A stretch of DNA of 64,000 nt from Moniliella sp. 'wahieum' (Eukaryota): the NCBI GenBank assembly GCA_003971905.1, contig RSEE01000012.1:1-64000 (forward strand), in the 5' to 3' direction. A model generated the notes under the pieces. The model ran no database searches, was not told the DNA's origin, and saw only the letters and a program-made list of their open reading frames with translations. A program made the translations under genes and the position numbers. This document shows positions 1 through 11,055 of the stretch, piece after piece. Numbering within the stretch: the stretch's first letter is position 1; the number at the start of each line of letters is the position of its first letter.

Positions 1-269
1 CAGGTTTTCCCCTGTACTACGTTTCCTTGCCGACTATTATGCAACAAGATAACCAATGTGCTCTCGTTGCTAGCACATCGCCTGGTCGTCTTTCTTTCCT
101 TTGTCGCCCCGCTAAGGTGCACGTTTACCGTACATGTTTTTGATGTTGGGTGGGGCTATGTGCGATATGGGGATTCAATGGAGGGTCATGCATGTGTTGG
201 CCGCTGCCTTCAAATGCTGACGAAAGGAATACGTGATGTTAGATTGCTGCTGTCTGGCCTTCTACTTTT

Positions 270-981
270 ATGCCAACTCTTCCAAGAAGCGGCGCCCCTC
301 AAAGTAGAAGTCCCTTCTTTGGTTGGTACAGTGAGGCATAACGTTCGATACGCCTCTCAGTGCTTCATCCCGTGCGGCCCCATCTTCCTGGCACCAGCCG
401 CGAGTACACCCGTCTGCCTGTCATGATGTATGGCAATGCTGCTATCATCTTTGTTCGCTTTGTGGCCCTGGTACTGTTTGCATGCAGTTTCGTACACCAT
501 GCCCATACCCTAGGAACTTGGCTCGATGCCCTCGCCGCTCCCAACAATGCGATCAGCTGTAACCGATATGGACGGTATCTCTCCAAACTTGGTGCGCACA
601 TGGGTTCGATGAAGATTACTAGCCCAAATTGTGGTGATGGTACGTTGCCCACGCTCTTTGTGCTCTCTTGTGCTCTCTTGCGGTAGAAGTTACTGAAAGC
701 AGATGCCGGCTAGGCAGCCCCAGCCAAAATTCAACGTACATACTTCCACAACAAGGGAACTGGGCTGCAGCAATGCCTCTTATCCACAGGCAAGCGACGC
801 GTACGCGGTAAAAGTGCAGGCACTCCTGTACTTGACGATAAGCAGCCGCCCTCTCAAGGCAAGTATGCGCACTGCTAATTTCAATCACTTGTCTAGGGTC
901 CTCCGCTGCCTTCCCCTTCCCTGAGCCAAAGGCTTCAGACACGCTACTGCCGCCCAAGCCGGTGCTACGCAGCCTTGCCAC
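270..981 (-). pseudogene. Possible degenerate RBR/IBR-type E3 ubiquitin ligase relic
   Basis: Across minus frames, in order: ECLHFYRVRVACL..FPCC (RING1-like C-x-H..FP.CC), FYRKRAQE..VIFIEP (IBR lead-in), ACKQYQGHK, RGVSNVMPHCTNQRRDFYFEG (like GCNHMTC..FCY.CG). Many Cys lost, with stops and frameshifts; motif match by eye only. Confidence 0.3.
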
Positions 982-2029
982 ACTTGCAGCCGCCTCTGCT
1001 ATACGCCGAGAGGCCTCTCCTTGTCCCTAGCTCCGCAGCGGACCCACCAACCAGCCCAAGCGCGTAACTACCGTGAGTCGTCCTTAGGACCCCAAGGGAT
1101 TGTACCCCTCAAACACCCCGCGGCGCCCGCCCGTGACATTTGCTTGGTTTCCCTACCGATCATGTTGCAAACCCACAGCCTAGGAGGGACTAGGCATTCT
1201 CGGTGCGTTGGCTGACCAAGAATGCAAGACGAGAAGACGTGTGTATCCGCACAACGTTCTGAACTGCGTGCGCTGCTTTGGCCAATGTGTCCAAGGCACT
1301 CTTGGGGTACTACTACTCGAGTAGTATGGCAGTGAGTCCGGTCAAATTGGTGTGGTGGCCTCTTTTTTCTCTGACATTTGGCGTAAGGAAGAGGTCGAGA
1401 TTAGGCCGCCAGTGAGAACGTGTCGGTACCCGAAAATGGTGAGGTCCGTTCCAGACCCCCGTTCCCGTCACGTCGTCGACTGCCAAAGCTGGGCCGAAAG
1501 TAGCCAGCCAGCGTGGTGAACCGGGCGCGTCCCAAGACTGGTGGTCTGGACGGGGTGAAGCCTTGTGTCTTTCGTCCTTGCTTGAAGGGCATGTTTTGGG
1601 AAGGCTGGCTCTGGCTTGCGACGTGAGGGACTGCACTCACGCGCTCCCTGCGGTTTTCTTCGTACGCCCATCCTCCCACACAGCCGGTCGGCATGGAATG
1701 GGTGAGAATCACACCCTACCTGACTGTTGTTCCTCTCATCTACGCCCAAGCGCGAGGGGGACGAGGCGATGGTGCGTAGTGGGATGTCGATCCGGTCCCG
1801 GGGCAGGATGTGGGTCGCGTGTAGGGCGAGAGGGGCAGCTGGCGGTGGCAAGAGACGCGATCCAAGCGACGCGTTTTGGCTCCAGCTTCCACCATCGCCC
1901 CTGCCCAACGACCACCACCACCACCCGCAGCCCCCACTCTACCACCAGTGGTACTCCTACCCACCCTCCGGTTTCATAGAGAAACGCCATATATCCGACA
2001 TTTTTACAGCAGGCTGCAGCCCGTCCTAG

Positions 2030-4873
2030 TAAGGGCTCTACCATTACTATAGCCCGTGCGTCTACCAAAACTATACATCGTGGGACACAGAACCAGCCAA
2101 GGAATCCATTGGGGGGGACCACTAAGATTGACCAAGACCGTACCCCTGGCAGCTTGGCATCCAGGTTGGGCACACCATCCCCTCCGTCCGTTCGACGGAC
2201 GCCATCCGATCACAGGCCGACCAGGAGTCGTCCATCGCCACCTTGTCCCAGGGAGCCGTGGCAGGGAAGAGTCGTGTTGTGGTGGGCAGATGTTGTTGTA
2301 CGTTGATGGAGCTTAGTGAGTTGCGAGGTACCGTTGGGCAGCGGTGCTCCAGTCCCAGTGGAACGCGTAGCCGGCATCTCCACATGGTCCAACACAGAGT
2401 ACTTGCCCAAAACCACTCCTCATCTTCCGAGTCCAGGAACGGCGTCAACGCTCCCCATTCCACCCTCTTGATGGACTGGATGCAGCGATAGAAAACATGT
2501 TTCATGGGCTGCAAGGAAACCAGTACGCCGTCGGAGTCAAGGCGCAGTGGTCCCATTGAATCTGTTCAGGTCGTGAACGCAAGAAAAGGCGTACAAGTCC
2601 GGGTCAATCCACCGTTGGATTACATGGGGCTCCCCATTGGGCAACACAGTAAACGGGCGAAAGGGTAAGGTAGTGCAGGTGATTTCCTCGGGCTGCCGCG
2701 CATGGGTCCAATCCAGCACATTGATCAACAACACCCCGAATGGTAGTCATCCTGCCGTATCCTTAGAATATCAAAGGGACCTACACCCTGGCAAGGCGCC
2801 AAAGCCTGGCCGTCGGGGGGCCGGGGAAGAAGGGAAGTGGTAGGCTTGGAGATGCAACATGCTTGGAATCATGGCGCGGCCATCTTGCATCCACGGGCGC
2901 AGCCTGGGCCAATCTCTTGGCCGGGGGACCAGGCGGTCGGGCGTGCGGCAATCAAGGATGGCGAACCAAGCCGGGTGGCGGTGGACACGGCCAGTAAAGG
3001 CATGCTTGTAGCCCTTGAGGACACCAAGGTAGTGTTTGTAGGAAAATTGTAACGCACGTGGCCCTTGATAAACTCCTCATCCTCGGCGTCTTCGTCCTCC
3101 AACAGGGCTTGCTGACAAAAGAAAACACGAGTGTCTCCGTTTCGGGGAAGACTTGACGTCCACACACAGAATCCACCCGAAACCAATTATGATTCGTCAT
3201 CCCCGTTTCTTAACGCCATTGAACGCACGATTCCTCCCCTGGCAAGAAGAAAAAGAGACAAGCAGGAAAAAGAGGGTTAGTCACTTGTCATCGCTCCCCC
3301 AACCAGCCGAGCAACAGTTTCCCCCGGCCAACAAAACCCAGAGGGCGCGTACCGGTTTGTTCTTCTCGGCCGCGGCGGTTGGCTCAAATCCACCGCGGGT
3401 TGCCAACTGAGCATCCGGCTGCGCTGGGAATCGAGATGATACTGGGACGGATCGAAGAGCAGTTGGTTCAGCGAGAACAAGACCTTGCCCGACTTACATC
3501 TTGAGCAACCATGTCGGATGATCCTGTCCACTTAATCGTAGGGTCGCTCGAATCGCTGAGCGTATCGTGGAAAAGAGCATGCGGGGCGTAAGACCCAAAG
3601 GCGCAAGTGAGTCGACGGCCTGGCCTGTGGTTAGATTGAACATGGAAACCATTTGTTTTCCAGGCATATGATAGTAATCAACCGACGGACCACTTGGGGA
3701 GGGGGGGAGGTAGGCGGGGGGAAGGTGGGCAACCAAAGAAGACCGCGTTAGAGCCACCACAAAGAGAGACCAAAACCAGACCACTGCCATCATCCTGGTT
3801 CCCTTCATCACGCATGCGAGCACAAGACGTACCAAGCTACCAAGCAGTCATTTCCTACCAGGGCGAATCGGATTCCCAATAAGAACAACTTCTGGTAAGT
3901 AACCCACCGGGAATGTCCAAGATGGTGGTCTTGAGCTTTGGTGAGAAATATTCATCATCGGTCGCAACGCAGTGCGCATCGTCCTGGGCTTGCAAGTCCG
4001 AACCACCATGGTGAACGACGACAGATATGTTGGTATTGCTCTCAGGATTGTCTGTGGCGAAAGGTCAGGCGGGATCAAGAAAGAGGGGGAGGAACAAGAA
4101 CGAGAATATGAACAAGCAAGAGCCGCCGCAACGACAACCAAAACAGCAACGTACCCCGACCCAAACGCTCAGCAACGGACCATCAGAGACCACATCGCCC
4201 CCAAAAACGTCCAATCTTCCGGTGCGGCATAGGCATACAACACATCTTGTGCGACTCGTCCCAATATAACATCAGCTCTCGTCTTCGTCGAACGTTATCC
4301 GGGTACTGCGAAAGCTCAACCCGCCGTACTTGCTCTGCGGCGGACCTCGATATTGATCCCCTTGGCGGCGCCTCACCATCACACTCGTCGAACACAACCG
4401 GGTTGACGAGCGGGCGGAGAACAAAGGAGTTGGTAGGGTTGGTGGGGTCCATCTGTGCGGGAGAAGGAGAGGGAGAAGGAGGCGGAAGCCGGAGAGGTGT
4501 GCCAGACAAACTCCATCCAAAGGGGGCGTGGAGGAGTTCGTTGGCAATGACCAGTGCCTGCCATGTCGGGGAACAGTGTCCAAGCCGCAGGCGTAGGTCG
4601 CGTCTTGGAGCGGGAGCAGAGGCGACAGGGCAGGTGCAGCAGCCGGCAGGCGATGCGGCGCCAAAGCGTGTCGTTCCCCGAGAGGAACGCGTGCAGCCCT
4701 GCGGGCAGAGCGCAAGCGAAAGGCGCGAGGGTCAGTCTGTGGCGCAGGACAGCGGGAGCAGCAACAACACATACGCTTGCACGTCGACGCCAGCCGGACC
4801 ACATCGCACGGCTCCAGCTGCGGCGTGTCGGCCACTTGCCAGACAACTCGGCGGGCAGCCGCGCGAACGACAT
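2030..4873 (-). CDS. F-box protein (frameshifted; 3' end uncertain)
   Basis: ATG at 4873; across one frameshift reads MSFARLPAELVWQVADTPQLEPCDVVRLASTCKRM, a typical F-box (LP.EL...I...L...D...L..TCK). Protein-like minus-strand ORF pieces continue through 4509-4183, 4141-3848, 3835-3494, 3531-3277, 3200-2869 and 2734-2122. Intron-like GTGACTAAC...TTGCCAG near 3283-3238. Confidence 0.55.
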
Positions 4874-5279
4874 CGAATCCGCCTGGCCGTCCACGCGCGG
4901 TGCAGAGAGGCAGCAAGGCAAGGCGAGCAAGCGGTCCCGGCTGCCAGTTGAACATTCTGAAGCCAATTGCCTGGCCGCCGGAGCCACGCCGTGGGCGGAA
5001 TTGAGGGCCGGGCGGACTTACTATGGCCCAGAGATAATGTCTGCCACGCTCATTCGCATCCCCAAGGCGATTCGGCCCCATTTTCTTCTCGGTCGCTTTC
5101 TCTCTGCCCTACTACTCGTATTGCCAGGTAGCTCCGTACACCTGTTGGCATTCACTCGAGGTAAATGCTTTTTTTGGTTTTATCGGGGGGCAGTCAGCAA
5201 ACATGAAGAGAACTGAGGTACCGGCACACAAAGAACAAAACATAAAGAAATCGGCCATGCCAACGGGGGGATTTTGGAA

Positions 5280-7113
5280 TTAGTGTGGGGTTAGATGAGG
5301 CCGAGGAGGGAGTGGGGGATGGATCATTGGTGTGCAGAATGCAGAGCAAAAGAGCTTGAGGGGAAGAAGTGGGCTGAGGAGAAAAAATAGCGGACGTTCC
5401 CGGTTACAGGGCAGGGTGGAAGCGGGATTGGTGCGAGCAGGTACGGCAGGAGTGATAACGGGAGGTACGGTAGATGTGCGGGTAGAGAGGTGATGGAGGC
5501 ATCGCAGTTCCTCCTGCATGGATTCGCGCATGGTGTGGTAGATACCTGTAGGAGAAAGGAGAATACAAGAGACAAAAGAAAACAAGTTCGTCAGCGGGCT
5601 CTGTTGTGCATAGACATAGACTGCGCAGAGAGTACACCCACGTTTTTCCCACTGGCCCCAGATGAGCCCGGTGTATAACATGGTTGTCCCGCCAAACCCG
5701 GCAGCAACAGAGAAAAAAGCAAACACAGCGCCCACCCCCCGCTGCGGCTGGAACCCCGCACCAATGCACAGGCCACCGCCAACACCACTGTGGTGAGAAA
5801 CGCGCCAAGCCAGAACCGCTGGTTGCGCTCTGCTTGTGCTTGCCCTTGGACCAACGCGGAGACAGCCGCGTCCAGGCACTCGACCGCGCGGGCCCTCTTT
5901 CCCTCTGACAGGTCTACGTCCTGCCCCTGCTCTGGATCCGTAGGTGCAGCCAGGGATGCGGTGGCCGAGGGTAGGGGGGGGAGGGGTGAGCGAGGAGGAA
6001 GGTCGCCTCCAGGCCGAAATGGTCAGAGTAGCTGATGTTGTGCTGCGGGATGAGTTCAGTAAAGGCGACACGGCAAGAAAGTGGGGTCATCTCTCCCCTC
6101 GCTGGTTGAGCCAAAGGGAGGTTGAGGTCGGAGCGGAAAGGGTGGGGGTCCAAACGTCGTCGACGAAACGAGGAGGAGTGTAGTAAATGTAATCCAGGCG
6201 TTTTCCTGCCCGCGGAGCGCGTTCCATCGAGCTTCTTGCCTGCTGTCCAAGTGTTGAGCGGCGAGTCACACGTTATGCCTAGCTCGGCGATACCACGATG
6301 AGGATCGGGCAAGGCGGCGTCCCTACCGTCCTTTCCCTCGGGACTGCCCTTCCCTCTCGTCACGCGCGGCGGCAAGAGACATTTGCATCTCGCCCAGTCT
6401 GGGTGGGTGGCGAGGTAAACGTCGGTCAGCCCGCCAACGTCGCGCAGAGGCGGGCAGACAGCGAGGCCGGCGTGCAATTAAAGTCGCCCATCTGGCAAGG
6501 CAAGACAACGTTAGGGTAGGGGATGAAGGTGAGGTGGAGGGGACGTACGAGCAAGACATGGCGGCCTTGCTGGGCGCTTTCGCGCGCCCACTGGGCCAGC
6601 TGCCAGGTTGGGTGATGCGTGGCAACGTGTCCACTCGGGCCCTGTTCGCCACCGGCAGCTACAGTGTGGGTGAGGAACACATCCAGCCCGCGGGGCAGGG
6701 CAGGCACGTCAATCGTAGCGACACCCACGCCCTTTCCAACGATCCAGTCGCCCTTGCCCCACGGGACAGGGAGGCCGTTGTAGTAGTACGAGATGGACTT
6801 GGTGCGGACAATGGGGAAGCGGGAGAAGAGGGCGAGGCCCATGCCAAAGGCACCGCCGTAGAAGAACTTGCTCCATGGGAAACGGGGGGCAAGGTACGCT
6901 GCAGCGCAATGTAGTCGACGTGCGACACCCACAGCTCCTCGAGTGCAACCAGGTCATACGCCGGCGTGCTGGTCACGAGGCGCTGGGCGATGGCGTCGAG
7001 ACGCAGCTGCTTCTTCTTGGACAGCGGCTCGGGCAGGCCCCACGTTGAGCGTCAGCACACGCAACACGTCCTTCCCATCCTCCTCGCGTCCCTACGTCGC
7101 CGGGGCTGTCCAT
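5280..7113 (-). CDS. ISC1: Inositol phosphosphingolipid phospholipase C / neutral sphingomyelinase (DNase I-like EEP fold)
   Basis: Motifs LRVLTLNV(W)G, YDLVALEELW, GLALFSRFPI, GDWIVGKGVG, DVFLTH, GDFN, RLDYIYY, SYSDHFGLEATF; two C-terminal hydrophobic segments and GLIWGQWE. Introns near 6500-6547 and 5547-5640. Stop position approximate. Confidence 0.88.
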
Positions 7114-7303
7114 GAGGGGGGTGGGGGGTCGAGGATGGGAGGGAGATGGAGAGGAGGCGAGGCGAGGCGAAGGAGGTGCGCCGCACAGGCAGACGACAGC
7201 TCAGCTAGGGACAGCGGCATGCTGTGGGACGGCATTCCACACCGCCAGTTGCCACTTTCAAATCCAGGCAGGCAACCCTACCGACGATCAGCCGATCATG
7301 ATC

Positions 7304-7532
7304 TGTAGCTGAGGTGATCTTGCGGTGACGGGATAGATGGCTGACGCAGTGCGCCTCAGGGCACAGGGGCGCAGCAGGCAGCCCGCGGCCTCCCATCCTG
7401 TCCTTCCGACCACCGCCCCCATCCTCTTCGCTCCACTCAATACCTCCTGACCGCTGATCGTCTGGTCTGCCGCTCACTAGTACTTGCACACGAGTGTGCT
7501 GCTAGTGTCAAGTCGACGACGCAAGAGCTACT
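7304..7532 (+). mobile_element. Candidate 5' LTR of a retrotransposon remnant
   Basis: Starts TGTAGCT (7304) and ends AGCTAC(T) (7526-7532), a short terminal inverted repeat. Followed by a pyrimidine-rich leader and a gag-like ORF at 7617. No second copy found in the window. Confidence 0.3.
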
Positions 7533-7616
7533 GAGTGGAACGAACCCTTTCGCTACCTCGCTCCTCTATCCCGCTTTCTCCCCTCGCTCCCCATTCCTTC
7601 CCGCTACCCCGACAGG

Positions 7617-8780
7617 ATGTCCGTGTCCGAGCATACTACTGACACGCTGCGTAGAGTCACTACGCTCCATCGCCACGGCCGCCGGCATTCCGTCCGCGGC
7701 CGTCTCAGCAAGGATGCTCGTCGCCAGGCTCTCGCAGAAGCCGCTGCTCGAGTACGATCTTCCTAGCGACGCTCCTGCATCCTTCTACACGAGGGCGCTC
7801 TTGCGCGCGCTTCGCCATGCTACCGCAACTGGCGCCGCCGGCGGCTCAGCCGGACCTCCGACCACCCCCCGGGTACAGCCCAACACACCTCAGGATTCAA
7901 CGAGTCGCAATTCGGCCTACAGAATTTCGACAAGAATTCCCATCCGAACCCTTGGATCTTCCCCGTTGGCTGCTCACTTCGAGCGTTTCTGTACGGACAG
8001 AGGCCTGGACATGAACTCGAGCCGAGTGTGTCACTACGGTGCCACGTTGGTGCCCGAGTCGATCCCGTGGGCCCAGGTAGCCCTCATCTCGTGCCAAGGT
8101 TCCGACTCCTGGCCTCAATACGTCGCCGCGCTGGAAGAGAGCGCTAACCTTCCCCAGCGTCGCAGAGAACTCAAGGCCAGCATCCTCGAGGCCAGCACTA
8201 TCGGAACCTGACGTCCCTTGCTCTGCTCCGGCCGAGGTCTACAAGAATCGCGAGACCCTCGGCGGCGCGCCGGCATATGACGACACCCTCATGGAGCAGG
8301 CGACGGCATGTATGCCCGACCAATTCCGGATCCGACTCGTCGAAGCCCAGACCTACGGCTGGGACGAGTGGTACAACGTCTTGCGCCGTCTCATCCCACT
8401 GCCGCGCGCGAAGCCGCTCCGGCTCCGGCTGCCACCCCGGTTACCACCCGGTCCACCCGCCGTCGCGCAGAAGACGAACAACAGGAGCCGCACGCCCGCG
8501 ACCCCGCGCTCAGGCCGCGCCCCTCAGACACAACCCAGTTTCTTTCCGTCTCAGCGCCGGCCTATGACCGCTCGTTCTCAAGGGCCAGCTCGCATTAACC
8601 CAGGCGGCATTTACCACCACGCGCATGCACCAAGAGCAGGAAATCTCCTTGCCAGGCAACGCTGCTATGAGAACTAACGCCGCACCCTCGCCGAGCGCCA
8701 CAACCGGCGCCTCCTCCTTTTGCCGGCACGATCGGGTCCCCACACTCGATTCGGATGCTGCCTATCACGGCACATCGCTG
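7617..8780 (+). mobile_element. Ty3/gypsy-like gag-protease remnant
   Basis: Gag-like helical core (AHFERFC..IPWAQ..SWPQYVAALEE..RRRELK; GWDEWYNVLRRL), Pro/Arg-rich linker, degenerate Zn-knuckle-like end at CYEN* (8677), then VPTLDSDAAYH resembling the aspartic protease LDSGA motif. Confidence 0.45.
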
Positions 8781-8819
8781 CTGTTCCTACCGACCAAACG
8801 GAGTCTGACACCGAGTCGG

Positions 8820-10150
8820 ATGGATCAGCTACAGTTATTGACGGCGGAACCGCCGCTGAGGACCGGGTACACAGGCCGCGTCTCCACTACGTCGGGATGG
8901 GACCAACATGTTGAGAACTTGGCCCAATGTTATGCATTCTGCGCCGAGATGAACGATATCATCGCCTTGGCGCGCACGGTTGTGCCCGGCAATATGGTGA
9001 TGGCTCTGATCGTGGCGGCTAGGAAGAGAGCGGCGCACCTCGGTATCGTGACCATTGGCTTCTGCCGTACGACAAAAGTCGCTTCCTACGGTCAACGCCG
9101 CGATTGAAACTGCTTTGAAGCACAGTGGTGGCTGGTCAAATCTGCCCAAGCTCACAGCAAAAGCTGCATCCTATCGTTCGTGGTCGTCGTATATGCAAGA
9201 CTTCTTCGGAGCTGTAGAGCGAATCCTGGATAACATAATCAAGACGAATGTGCTCCTGTTGGACAATGCAAGCTCTCAGACTGGATACAATTATGAGGCT
9301 GACCTTGACCTGGGGCAGTTCCTGGTCACCACGTTGGACAGGGACGGATCCACGTCCCTCGTCGGGCCCTGAAAGACGGTATCTTGGACCTCGTTGGCGT
9401 CCGCGATATGGAGCTATTTCAAGCGGACACGCATTTCTCAGGATCCATGGACGCTTCTTCGTAACGACCCTGCGCCTACGTGGTGACAAAAGTGGTGCGG
9501 AGTACATTCGACTGTTTGACGCGTGGCGCGGCCGCTACGAGATTTATACAGGCGCAGACCTTCCTCCCTTCGTTCGCAACATGTTCCTGATCAACGGTCT
9601 AGGAAAAGGCATTTTACCTGTCACTCTCCCGAGGAAAGCTGAAATCGATGGCGTGACATGGGAGGATCTGGCGGAACGCATCAAATTCATCCCTGCACGT
9701 ACGGCAAGCGGCAAATGCGGGCGCAAGACGCACAAGACCCAGGACTGCGTCTGGTGAGGCGTACCGAGTCCTTCTCGCAGCAACAACACGAAGTTGGCGT
9801 AAACGGACTCGTCACGTCAGTCTGGTTAAGCCTGCCGCGGCCACGGTGGGAAATGGTGGGGGCAATGGTAGGGATGTTCCCCCTCTTAGCCGCAACGAAT
9901 ATGAGGCATGACGAGGTGCGGATGCAAGCGAGTGGAAAGCAGGCGTTCCAGAACACGAGGTGAAGAACTTGGAAGACCGGGGGGTCTGGGAGAGTGTGCT
10001 GCGGCCGGCAACTCGCTCCTACCACTATGTACGTGAGAGCAACCGAGCGGGTAGTGTCGCGCCTGTGTCCATCGAAAGTATGGACAGCGTCTCCGACCTC
10101 CACACCAAAAGCCTGGGATGTAAGGTCTTGGGGCCGCTGCGTGACCGCGA
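8820..10150 (+). mobile_element. Internally deleted Ty1/copia element (gag plus scraps of pol)
   Basis: Copia gag motifs LPKLT...YRSWSSYMQDFFG and SGAEYIRLFDAW...LPPFVRNMFLINGL; knuckle CTY..CGRKTHKTQDC (~9692-9748). Then KNLEDRGVWESVLRP (RT N-terminus) runs directly into YHYVRE...SIESMDSVSDLHTKSL (RNase H C-terminus). Confidence 0.7.
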
Positions 10151-11055
10151 CTTAACGCCGCACTGGTGTATAGTGGCGCCGGTAGCCCAAGCCCGCAACC
10201 TTGGGGTTCATAGTTCCTTGCAATATTCCTTCCTGGCGGGCAGGAATGTTCTCTAGTCTCTGTAGCTCCTGTGCAATGCAATACGCCATCACGGCCGTTC
10301 ACTGGTCTTCTACATGCTTGTAGGAGATGAAGCTTGAAGAAGCTACTATAGGGATAGGCCGCAACACTAACGACACAGTGGAAGTGCCCATTAAAGGTGA
10401 CGCCAAAAGCGGGGTGAGACAACTAAGTCGCCGAGAGTTCGCATTATGAAATGGCACGGCGGGGCGCAGACGCTGCAGGGTCGCCTTCCTACGCTATACT
10501 ATACCCTGCCCCCAAGAACAGGGAACGAGCGAGAGGAGAGGCTCGCCCGAATACAAAGCGAGACCAGACAACCTATGACACTGCCCAGCATGTCAACCGA
10601 TCAATTTGATCACAGAGGCCCAAGTGCTCATCGACCTAATTTCCTGTTCCCGACACCTCAGATGGCCAAATGGGGACTGTGACTCTTCGATCGGCCCAAG
10701 CTATTATATTCCTTCGGCTGCTGCGCGTAGCGAAATGCGTATACACCATTTTCATCATCAGCCAGGCTGGCTTCGGGAGAAGTACAGAGGGAGAGAAAGG
10801 AGGAGGAAGCCTCACAGGGGAAAACAAGGTATGAGTGAAGCAGGAACAAGAGACGAGAGGGGGCAGAGGGGGGGTGCATCATAGGATGGTGTTCATCTCT
10901 CGCTGGCAAAGCCACAGTGAGGACTACTCGGAGTCTTGGTAAGAAAGGCCTGGGGCATGGTTGAGGCACATATTCACATTTGCCCTCCTCCTTGCCCCCT
11001 CCCCCCCTCCGCAACGTCCCATTGCATCGAGCCTGGGCGGAACACAGAAAGAAAT

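Noticed and set aside
10261..10348. 3' LTR partner of 7304-7532 (TGTAGCT...AGCTAC)
   Set aside because: Only the termini are similar; the internal sequence does not align and there is no PPT.
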